Shown: positions 11,721 through 23,593 of the stretch, piece by piece
Numbering within the stretch: position 1 is the first letter of the stretch
Layout: each line of letters starts with the position of its first letter
Source of the DNA: Camelus ferus
Taxonomy: Eukaryota
Assembly: GCF_009834535.1 (NCBI RefSeq)
Contig: NC_045696.1
Coordinates: 29,576,001 to 29,640,000, forward strand
DNA length: 64,000 nt
Direction: 5' to 3'
Position numbers and translations under genes: made by a program
Notes under the pieces: model-generated
The model's input: only the letters and a program-made list of their open reading frames with translations
Told to the model about the DNA's origin: nothing
The model's database searches: none

Positions 11721-14319
11721 CTATTTCTAGTAAAAATCTGAAAGTACAACTCTACACTCTCCATAATACTCTATATTTTGGTTTGCAAGCATTTTTAATG
11801 ATGTTATTTTATAGTTTGAACAACTGCCCTGTGGCACATAAATAATATTATTATTATCAGCTCTTCATATGTGAAACCAAGATTCAAGTGTTAAACAGCT
11901 TGGTTTAAGATCAGAGAGGTAGAGTCATCTAATTCTCAAACCACTTATTTTACTCTATGTCAGATCTTTAATATCTTAACTATACGTAGTATGTATTATT
12001 ATCATTGTCATTATAATTTTGGCTGGAAGTATCTTTTATAGCTTTCTTCACTGAATTCAGTTCTAAAGAGCAGGTAACCCCACCAAATCAGTCCTTTGCT
12101 GTGTCACTTTCATGGCAAGCAAAGCTGAGGATGAAAATTTTGAGAAAGAGACAGAGAATGCTTTACTTTAAATAAAATATTTTCAATAAAAACCAGATTA
12201 TTTACTTCCATATTTAATACATAAACAACAAACATATTACTAAAAAATAAGTATCTATTTGGAATGTAAGATGGTGATAAGTGCAATGGAGAAAAGTTAG
12301 GCAGGACCAGGAGATAGGGAATGGCAGAAGATTGAAGGAGATATTTCATATCAGGTTGTCAGAGAAGAAATGCCTCCAGATTGAGTGACCCTTAAAGGTT
12401 GCTACTGTCATCATCATGATCATCCCTCACAAAGACCAGGTGAACCCATCTAGACAGCCAGTTGGCTTCATTTGCTGTCCTTTATAGAGAGCTAAGAATA
12501 GAGCTTAACTCTTGGAAAAGTTATGCTGTTTTGTTTCCTAAAGCACTGAGAGAAAATGTTAACTATAACTGTCGCTGTGTTTCACTGATGCTTTCAGCAG
12601 ACAGAATTTTGAAAGGCTACCCAGGCAGAGGTCTAATCTTGGGGAGATATTTTAAGCTGGAAAGAGGCAATGAAATAAATCCTGAGGCTGATGGCTTGTC
12701 TTACTCACAGTGAAAGAAAAAGAAGGCAGAATGAAGACTCAAGGTAACACCAAATAGAGATCTCTTACCATCACAAAATGTGGATGGGAAATTCTGAACT
12801 TAGAGAAAAACTGGCCTGACTGCTAATCCAAAATGAATGGGGGAGGGGAGGAAACTCTAAACCAAATAATTTTTATGTTACTTATAAATATGTGTCCTTC
12901 CAAAACATAAGAGAGAAATACTTATATATTTTTTGAAAATAATTGGCTTGCTATAACATGGGTCATTTATCTGCAGCATAACGCTAAGGAAATCATTCAG
13001 CTAGTAAACCTTGAAATACCTCTTCATAACTTCAAAACTGCTAACCTGTAACCTAGAAAATAGACATGCTTAAACAAGTTGTTTTGTTACATACAGATAA
13101 AAACAGAAAAATTGATTTTTTTCACTTTTTACCTGCTTGTTTAAAAAGGTCATAAGAAAAACCCAGATATTATGATTATAGACGCCACATAATTCCCTGA
13201 CTTAAATGAATAACCACTGAATAGGACTTCTGGACCATTTTCACATGGTAGCATCTACTATTATTCTAAGCTAAAGAAGTTGCTTTTAGAGCCATGTTCG
13301 ACATTTTCAAATTTAAGGTAAACTGCCTAGTAGAATGGTCCTATTTTAGAATGAGTTTGCATTTGAGAAGGTGAATGTTAAGGTAAGACCTAAATACTCA
13401 AGATATTTTCAAGATAACCCCGTGCACTTAAATTTTAGACTTATGGGGAATAAACGAGGCAGATAATACCAGGAACAAAGTTTATACAAAGACTGTAAAT
13501 CCTTACTCCAGTGCTATGCTCCGCATCAATAGAAACCTTTCTGCAAGGCTGAGTAATCTCATAAACCCTGTGAGAGAAGTTATATTTCTACTATTCAAGC
13601 TCAAATCCAGACAGATTAGATTGATATAGCAACCTTCTTAATCTCTTTTACAAGAGAGAATTAGTCTGTTTGAATTCTGAATCTAACTTTACTTTCTTTG
13701 AAATAGTCAATTTAACCATTTTCCTTAATCAAGCTGAAATAAAGTTCTATTTTAAACAAGGAAAAATTACTAAGAGGAAAAGAAAAAATACTATAAAAGA
13801 AGAAAACAACAAGACTTTTTATGAGACATTCAGCATTATTAACGATCTTACTGTGAGATTTTAATGTTCTTAATAGTCCATAAATTATTGCTTGTTTATT
13901 TTTAATTGTCTGACTTCTTTTGAGATAGTTAACTGTTCACTAAATCTACATCCAAAATTGCCCTTCAGTCACCCATCATTTGCTTCTCATAAAGCAAATG
14001 CTTTATTTTAAAAAAAATCATTAGTTTTTTTATAAAGCAAATAGGACAGGTATTTGTCTAAAATAACGCTGTACTTCTTCAATTTAAAAGAACATTAATG
14101 TTCTGAAACCTATCTAAAGAAATTAAAACACACATTTTATTTTAAGATTTTGTGCTACATTTAAATATACTGAAAATATCACTTCTCTAAAGACATGGTA
14201 TATGGTAGATGTTCAATATGTTTATTAAATAAATCATTCAGAAAAAAATGGTTTCTTCTTCTTTAAAAAAATCTTTGATGTTAATCTTCATTCACCTAAG
14301 CAATGGTTAATTCAAGTAT

Positions 14320-15010
14320 CTGTAAACTTTTTTGTGTGCCCCATCAGTAAAAACTTTTCAGTACAGTCCCCCGTATGTGTATTTATTCATTAATTATATA
14401 TACATACCATTTTAATAATATATTAATATATACACACAAACTAATTTTAAAATAAAGATAAAATAATTGAGGTCTGGTTAAATTTAGAATCACTGACATG
14501 TGTGTTTAATGCTTATCCTGGCTAAACCAGCTCAATAAAATACACAGATATAAATGAAAAGAGAGAATCAATGGCCATTTTTATTAAATTATAAAACGTT
14601 TTTTTCCAGCTCCTTCCACTGTCTACCATCTTTCATAAAATGTGGCTTGTATATTTCCATTTTCCCTGAAGTTAGTTGATCTTGCCAAGTAACCACAAGA
14701 TGATTCACTTATATTTATAATTATATTTGTATTTATAACCAGTGGACTTAAGACAAATTAAAATTGGAACAATTTTAAAAGTTTGGCCAAAAAAATGCTC
14801 CAAGATTCATGTGAATGCAAAAATAATTTTTATGACTAAAATCATCCGTGGCAATAAACTCACAAAGACAGAAACTTCTTCTTGATATCTTCCCCCAAAT
14901 GCTTGTCTCCGTAGCTAAACTTTCTTTGAAAGCAGTTACTTCAAATAAATTATTAAAATGTCACTTATGCCCTGAAGGGAGTGATTTTTTCATGTGTTTT
15001 TCCCCAAACT
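14320..15010 (-). mobile_element. hAT-Charlie transposase remnant
   Basis: The minus strand near 14900-14990 gives a degenerate 'SLQG..DIL...VTAFKE' peptide typical of Charlie transposases, with many frameshifts. Confidence 0.5.
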
Positions 15011-15479
15011 TCTGATAAGCATGTGAGTAGAAGTTTCAAGAACATATCTAGTAATGCATCCTAGAATATGTGAATCTACAACTTTTCCAGATAATACCTA
15101 AATGTTTCTAAAGTAGTTGTACCCATTTACCTTTCTATGCTATTTTCTCTGTGTTACTGTGGCCATTTTTACTACAGCAAAAAGAGCAATTATTTCACCC
15201 AATGGCATGTTGCTTTTTGCTTTTTGCTTTTAAGAAACCAGAAAGTAGCATATGACTTTAAAGTCCTCTCAAAAAATAATATTTTAGAGGTTTCCATTCA
15301 TGTCCTGGATGCTCAGTTTTTAAATATCTTGCTAATCATAACGATGTCATATACTCATTAATATATCAATGCACAATAATCCTTAAATAAAGATTCATCT
15401 TAATAACTGATTTGATCATGCTGTAATATCATATAAAATATGCTATAATTTTATTTACAATTTTAGTACCTATGCCTTT

Positions 15480-15575
15480 ATAGACTTATCCCAGGAATGC
15501 AAGATTGGCTTAACAGTCAAAATCAATAAATGTATTTCATCATATTAATAAACTAAATAAGAAACATCACAAAAC
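15480..15575 (+). mobile_element. Old LINE-1 ORF2 RT fragment
   Basis: 'atcccaggaatgcaagattggcttaac...atcaataaatgta..tcatcatattaataaactaaa' corresponds to the L1 motif IPGMQGWFNI..SINVIHHINKL. Confidence 0.8.
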
Positions 15576-16089
15576 AAGATATCACAAAATACTTAAGATC
15601 CAAGTACCCACTCTCAGTAGGGGAGGCCCCTATGAATTTCCTCTCACATTCTAACTTGTGGAAAAGACCTATGATTAAGAAGACCCAAATATTATAGTGT
15701 CTGTACTAAGGGATACTTTATCCCATGTGGTTATGACCCTAAAAAATCAAACTGGATTCATTTTTGTTTCTGAAAGGAACTCTAATAACTCAAGATAAGA
15801 GCAGAGTATCTTCCTGCCTAATGGCTGTCACATTACAAACCCATGCTGACAGAATATGATTATACAACTTTTGTACCTAAATGTAAGGTTCAGGGGGAAA
15901 AAATGAGCATTAGCTCTATTATGTTATCTTCTTTGGGATTCAATATCTTATCTTTGAAAGAAATATTCAACAAAGAAAAGGTACTCATTTGAAGTTTTAG
16001 TAAAGTTTAAGGTATCAATAATTGTTTAAGCTCCACAAATGTGTAGTTGTCTTGTTACTTTATGAAGTACATTTACATAGTGCCAGACA

Positions 16090-16175
16090 TGATATATATA
16101 AATATATAACTGAATCGCTATGCTGTACACCTGAAACTAACACAACATTGTAAATCAACTATACTTCAATTAAAG
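16090..16175 (+). mobile_element. Extremely truncated LINE-1 3' tail (about 85 bp) with TSD
   Basis: The sequence 'taactgaatcgctatgctgtacacctgaaactaacacaacattgtaaatcaactatacttcaattaaa' is flanked by an exact repeat catagtgccagaca at 16076-16089 and 16187-16200. Confidence 0.9.
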
Positions 16176-17219
16176 AAATACATATTCATAGTGCCAGACA
16201 CATACACAAAATAGAATTTAAAACTGAGGCCATTAAATTATAGCCGTTACTTCTCACTCTAGAAACTACTGAAACTTACGGGTGACAGATTTGTCAAGAA
16301 GTTCTCTTTACCAACTAAAGAAAGAACAACCCAATCTCTGTCGCAAACTGTCATTAGTAATTTAGAAGAGCTGGAAGGCAGTTCAGCCAAGTAGACAGAA
16401 AATTAAAACACGGGCAGCTCCTGATTGGAAATTTATTCATAGCAAGTAATGAAATAGCACAGTCAGGATCTCTGGTATTACTTGGAGTGAGAGATTTAAT
16501 TCTGATAACTCTGATGATGGCACTTGAATCAGAGATTATAAGTGGTGACAGGGTGTGACATATACATAGGACGGAATGAGCATCAGCAACATAGCTCCGC
16601 GGAAGCTGATTCTACTTAGATCAATTTTTTTCAAACAGTAAATATAATAATTTCAAAAATTATTACAAGTTTTCAAAGAAGAGGCTTACTAGGCCTTAGG
16701 CAAACCATGTACCATTTATACTAACCTTTCAATGAAGTATAATATGAACCAACATATCAAAGGTAAGGGGTGAAAAAGAATTTATATTTTAAAACCTGGT
16801 ATATAAATGGTAGTGTCTGATTTCATCTGGATAAGGAACAAACTCAAGATTACAGGCAAGTAGCTACTCCACGAAGAGAGTAATAGTGAGGGCTTGGGTT
16901 TTCCTGTGATTCTATGCATGTAGGGAATAGTGATTAAATGTAGTCATGAACAAGTAATGTTATTTATATTTATAAAGAATAATCATTTTCATTTTGGATT
17001 TTCTGTGCCTTTTTTATATTTCCTAATTACCAACAATGGCATTATTACTTTTATAATGATTAGTATTTTTTTCAAAATTGCTTATTTCAGACAAACTCTC
17101 TACCAAAGAAATACAGCTGAGAAAAAAAAGTAACCCTTCCACATAAACAGGTATTTCAATACATCTCTTTTGAATTATGAAGTGGAATATTTATTATGAA
17201 TGGTTAAAATTTGTTAGAT

Positions 17220-17495
17220 GTGGGAATTTTAAAACATAGCCCTAAAATTCTTTAATGCTCCTGCCATTGAAATAAAAGGGCCCATGGTCCCTGAATCTGT
17301 AACTGTTTGGACAATGGTTTGTAGCAGAAATGATGCTGTGTCAGTTTCTAGACCCAGACTATAACATGGGGAAGAGAGGAGCTGTCACACTGACCTAGGC
17401 CCACAGTGCTGATATAGAAGTAAACTGAACAACTGCTGTTGTCTGAAGTCACTTAGTTTTAAGCTGGTTGGTTAAGCAGAGATAAATAACCAAAA
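17220..17495 (+). mobile_element. Old MaLR LTR (MLT1 family), internally deleted
   Basis: It contains 'ctcctgccattga', 'gcagaaatgatgctgtgtcagtttctag' and the end motif 'tgttgtctgaagtcacttagtttt...ttggttaagcagagataaataacc'. Confidence 0.65.
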
Positions 17496-19184
17496 GAGTA
17501 GAGCAGGGCTTTAATCATGAATGCTGATTATAAAAATGGCTTCAAAACAACGTTACATCACATACGCCATCACTAATCAGAATAGAAGGAAGAAATCTGA
17601 TTTATTTCATCAGGCTAATATAAATGTTGTCCATAAAGTTTTTTAATAAATTAATATAGTATGGAGAAAATAATTCAAAGAATCCTAGATTCTTTAGTAT
17701 TTTATATATTGAAAAATGTAAATACTACAGAGTTATTTGTTTAAATTCGGTGACAATTTTTTAAATTTGACTTTGTAAGATTTATTTACCTATACTGTTT
17801 AATGATGTCATAACTAATAGTAAAAACCTACATAGAAAATACTAAGTCTAGAAAAATTGGAAAATTTAGGTATTATCAACTAGAACAACATACTAAATAA
17901 CTGAAGTAAATTCTAAATGGAGCTGTACTTACAGAGGACTAAGCCTATGTGATGTAATGAAGCCAAAAAAAGTCATAATAAAAATAATAAGCTAAAATCG
18001 TACTACACATTATTTACCAACAGTAAGAACTTGAAAGAGATTAAGAGTTAATTCAATAACAAAAGAAACTAAGTATTAAATAAAAGAGTTAAATATGTCA
18101 ATTTCTGTAATAGAAATGTTTTTAAGACAATTACGTATAATTCCTTTTCTTTAGAAAACTGGATAACTTTAAATGGACTTTGAGAGCTAAAGGAACAGAA
18201 AAATACAGTATAATAAACATTTCACTAAAATAAAGAATCATTTTATAACATAAAAATCCACCCACTTAATGCATTTCTTTTTAAGACACAGTTCCCCCGC
18301 AGAATTGTTTCAAAACATAAAAATTTAACAATTTAGTGTATTTCTTTCATAAGGCACAGTTCTATAGGATAGAGCCAACACTTACTTATCCAAATAAGAA
18401 CCAGAAAGTTCAATTAATTGTATTTCTTGTCCACAATCTACTTTTAGAAGATTTACTCAAGAACAAAATTGTTAAGAATTATATCATAGAATTAGCACAG
18501 GTTCAGGCCTTTTACTTGTTATAAATCTGTCGTTTGTAAAAAGCAATGTTCAAAAAGGTGACACAAATACAAAATACCTTTACAGAGGGAATTGCATTAA
18601 TCCCCAAACTCTACCTCCTCTTATAATGAAAACCCTGAGAACCAGAATGATTAATCGATTTGTACCAGAGTGAAACTAGGCCTGGAACCCTGCCACCTGC
18701 TTCCACCTCTTGTGTCTTTTCTCATCTATAATGCTGCTTCATCTGGCAGGAGTGATTCCTACACAGCTATGAAATATAAAATAATGCATGATACGAAGAA
18801 GACTGAAGCAAAACAACTTCTTTCATATACAAATCATCTAATTTTTGTTAAAAAATTAGAATTCTTCATTTTATCAAAGTACTTGCTGAAGCATTTTTCT
18901 GCACTGTTCATTTTCCAAATACATGTATATTTATTTACGGTGCAACATCTGAAAGAAAGTTCATTAAATTCTTTCAGAAATATTATTAAAAAATAGTTAT
19001 ACATTACTTGATATTCTGATGCTTTTAATATGACTTGAATACATATTTTCACTATATTTTCACTTATGATAAATAATGGATAAAGTTCATAGCATTTTTT
19101 ATTTTAAAAATAATTTTGCCATATTATGCTATTTAGATTTAATCACATAAAACACCCTTGTATTTACATGGAAAGTCAGAGATG

Positions 19185-19380
19185 TGTTTAATCCTAAGAA
19201 CCTGTTTCAGCATTAAGCCTTGGTTTATTATCTGTAAGATGGTTATGACAACAGTATTTACCATGTGTAAGCAGAGTTGTTGTGAAGAATAAAGAAAATA
19301 AAATATGTAGCTAATGTATCTAAAACACTTCGCAGCATATCTGATACCTTACATACTAATAAATGTTAGCTGTTATTATA
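19185..19380 (+). mobile_element. MIR SINE
   Basis: It contains 'tatctgtaagatgg...gagttgttgtgaagaataaa' and the end 'aataaatgttagctgttatta'. Confidence 0.7.
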
Positions 19381-19808
19381 GGTATAATAATTTAGCTGCA
19401 ATCAAAAACATGTAGTATTAAGGCAGCAAAACAAAGTATGTTTTTAAAAAATAGCCTACTTAAAACAATATGTATTTTTCTATTAAAAGGCAATTTGCTA
19501 TACTTAATTCAGAGTGATAAAGTGCTTTTTAGATGTTAAGAAGCTATTTACATTAATCTTTTAAATGGAAATATAACCAATATATGCTAAATGGAATACA
19601 ATTTGTAAAACTGAAGTTTAATGCAACTTACCACAAATACACATGCTAATCAAACAAGGTAAATTCTGTATGTTAAACATTTCTCATAAATTTTTTTTGA
19701 AAATTAAGAAATTAAATACCAGTGAGAGAGTACACATACAATGAATTTAGTAAAATTCCTCGAATTTTTTTTAAACAAGTAAGACATTTCCATATTATAT
19801 ATACCTAC

Positions 19809-20018
19809 CTGGAGTAGATAAACAATCGACTGTCCCAAAGAGTATGATGCCCTCTAGGTCCATAATGAAAATAACAGGACTCTGTCCCATCGAACATATT
19901 CAATCCATCTTCTGAATTTTTTGAAGCATGGCTGTGTACCACATCTAAGAGGACTGTAATACCCATCGAGTGAGCTGTGTCAACTAGTTCTTTCAGCTCT
20001 TCAGGAGTTCCATAACGG
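19809..20018 (-). CDS. GBE1: GBE1 exon 7 (210 nt, phase 2-2)
   Basis: Ends are ccttaag|C CGT TAT GGA ... TAC TCC AG|gtaggt. Translation is [69 protein letters not shown](S), including GH13 conserved region I 'DVVHSH'. Confidence 0.98.
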
Positions 20019-21144
20019 CTTAAGGTAAAAGAGACAGCAAATACAAGCTCACATCATATTTAGAGCAAATGGCCAATCATTTACTGTGTATCAATTATTT
20101 TACCAGCACAGTACTAGATAGTAGTATCTAAGTATTATATTGCTAATGCAGTGCAAATGCAAATGCAGTATAATACTTAGATACAAGTCAAAGCTGCTTA
20201 ATATCTATTATTAAGCAGCTTTAAAAGCACTCAATTTTAAAAAAACTGGCTATTAATTGTAGGTTTATAGCCCAATAAAAATTCACATTTTGAGTAGGTA
20301 GATAGTAAAATTCCACTTCTTTATACTCAGAGCTTCTGATTTCCATCACCAAGCCTAGTTAGTCTGAGAAGCATGGTCATTCCTGTTCATACACCTGGCC
20401 ATCCCTTTGAGTATGCATGGTTGGGATTGGGAGTGGCTTAGAATACTTCTTTGAATGTCCTTTGTGCCTTAATTGAAGCCAACTTTCCTGTACTTACTTA
20501 TTCCCAGACTGGGATGCCTCAGGTACCAGTGCGCCCTGTCACCATCCAAGCAGAAAAGATAGGCAGCTGGCATGCATATGTGTTTGTGTTAAAAGCAGTT
20601 GCCTAGTCTCCATGAAATAGGAAACAAAAATCACTCCCAAGAGGAAGTCTTTTCTTAACCTATGTAAAATCTCAATATTGCAGGCTTGTGTAGCATTAAC
20701 TTTTGTCTTTTAAATAAATTATCACCCTTGTGATTAACTGTTTACTGTCTCTCTTCCTCACTAGATCATAATCTAGTGATCCCTTGAGGGCAGCTCTGAC
20801 CATCTGGTTTCCCACGCTCCAGTACAGTGCTTGGTATAGAGCAGGTATCCTGATAGCCAAGTCCACTGAATAGAAAGAGCTATCCCCTAAAAATGCAAAC
20901 AGGATCAAGCTGTCTTTTACCTAAAATCATACATGCAACTCCCACTGTTCTTACGATGAAGACTGTTGTCCTTATCATGACCTACTGCACTGCCTAATCC
21001 ATGACCTACCTCACTGCCTAATCTTGTTCCTTCCAATAACTTCAGACTTACGACATTCTACCCTTTCCTCTCCTTATCCTAGCTATCCAACTTTTTTTTC
21101 CAGTCATTGAACACTATGTTCAATGAATCAATAGCCCTAAGGTT

Positions 21145-22620
21145 TCACTCATTCATTCACTCATTTGTTTGTTCAACAAATACTTATTAAGTTATCTACC
21201 ATGTGCCATACAGATTTCTATGCTTTAGAGATTCAGCAGTGAACAAAGTAAACAAAACTGCCCTTATGGAATTTATATTCTAGTTGAATGATAATAAATA
21301 AGCATGGTATGTGGAATATCAGATAGCAATAGGTGCTCTAAGGAAAAAAGAAGCAAAGCTATTGGTAGGAAGGGGGGCTGTCTTAAATACAGTCATCAGT
21401 AAAAGTTTTATGACAAAGGCAGTATTTGAGTAAAGACCTGAAAGAAGTAGGGAGCAAGGCATGTGAATAGCTAAGGGGAAGAGTGTTCAGAGAGAAAGGG
21501 CACTGGAGATAGAAATGAGCCAGGAGCCTTTGAAGAAGAGCAAATAGGCTAGTGTGGTTGGAATGGAATGATCAAGAGATAAGCCCAGAGAGTCGGCCAA
21601 GACTCAGAGCACAGGGAGCCTTATGGACCAATGACAGGCATTTGGCTTTTATTCTGAGAGAGACAGGGAATCATTAGAGGCTAATGAGCAAGAGTAACAT
21701 GATTTGAATTTCATTTTAAAAAGCTGACTTTGGCTACCATGCAGAAAGCAGTCCATGTGTGTAGAGGGAGAGAAGAGCTAGGAAAGAAAAAGGAGGACAA
21801 CAGAATTCAGCATGACCAGTTCCAGAGCTAATGAAATTATGCAGGAAGAGATAATGGCACCTTGGCTCAGAGTGGTAGCTGTGGTAGCAGCTGAAGCAGC
21901 CAGATTTGGGATATATTTTGAAGTCACAGGTGGCTATGTTTTACAATACCTAGAGTGTAGGGAGGGACATAAAAGGGAAAAGTCAGGTAAAATGCAAAGA
22001 TTTTTGGCTTGAACAACTGAAAGATAGAAATGTCATGTACTGAATTAGGGAAGATGGCAGGAGAAGACAGGAAGAGCAGAAGTTTAATCTGCAACCTGTT
22101 AAGTATGAAATATGTATTAGATATCTCCGTGTCACTTAGGCACTGTTTGAAGTTCACAACAGAGGTGAAGACTGGAGAGATTAACTTGGGAGTTGGCATA
22201 CAAAGTGTGTTTCAACCATAAGAATGAATGAGACTTGATGAGAACCCCAAGGTACTTCATTTAGATACAGAAGGGAATGGAACCATGGGCTGAGTGCTGG
22301 AAGTGGTTAAAAAGAGCAAAGGAAACAAAGAAGAACAATAAGAGATATGAGAAAAACAACTGTAAGGTTTAATATCCTGAAAGCCAAGAAAAGAAAAAAG
22401 TTGCAAGAAGGTGGGAGTAATCAATTGTGCCAAATGCTGCTAGTTCAAGTAAGCTAAGAACTGATGATTGGAGTTAACAATGTGGAGGGCGTCAGTACCC
22501 TTGACAAGAGCAATTTCAGCAAAGAGGTGGAGAGCCTACTTGGAATGAGTTCAAGAAAGAAAAGGAGTGGAGGAATTAGAGACAATGAGGACTGATTACT
22601 TGTTCAAGGAGAAATTCTAT
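21145..22620 (-). mobile_element. LINE-2 in intron 6
   Basis: It starts with the L2 tail 'cattcattcactcatt...ttcaacaaatacttattaag' and continues as a purine-rich body with 'tcaattgtgccaaatgctgc' and 'ccttgacaagagcaatttcag'. Confidence 0.8.
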
Positions 22621-23425
22621 AAAGAGATACAGGTAAAGGGATCAGTATCTTTTCTCTATGTCTGGAATGCCATCTACCTACCCCCATTTCACCCCTCCCC
22701 ACAGTTAAATCTTAGTCATGTTTTAGATCTCAGTTGCAACATCAGTCCACATCTAACCTACACTGATCAGACCCCTGATTCTGCACGAGCAGAGCACTCT
22801 GTCATCTTCTTCTGAGCTTTTATTACATGCAGAAATCCTAGTATGAATGATTATTGGATTTATGTCGATATGCCACCATATTGTCAGCTCTATGAGGCAG
22901 AGAGAATGTTGGATTTGTTCAACTTGTGGTCATTCGAGTCAGTACCTCTCGAATTGCTTAAGGACCCCTTGATGTCATTCTGCCCAGAGAGCCATATTCC
23001 TTGGATTTCAGCCTGGAAAGGACAGCCATTCTGTGGGTAGTCTTTCCTACCGAAGGCCCCCTCATCACCTTCCTACGTAAGTCAATCTCTTTCCAGAAAA
23101 AGATGTGAGCTCTAGCAGTAATGGCTTCCATAATTCGTGATTGTCTAGCTAAGGCTTAGGCCTCCAAATGTAGGACAGATTCAGCAGGCTAACTTGGTAT
23201 TCTTTAACAAAAAAATCTTTTCACGAAAAGCAATATTAAAATCAGGCTACTCTCTAAGGCTTGATGGGAAGAGAGTCTATGATCTTAGTAAAAGAAAAGC
23301 TCAGCTTCTAGTAACTCTGTTAACTCTAAACTAGGTTACAAAACAACACCCTATAAAATAAAGAAATTAATTTCCCTTTTTAAATTTTTTGCTCAAAAAA
23401 GAATGGATATAAGTCTTTCATTTTA

Positions 23426-23593
<168 letters not shown>

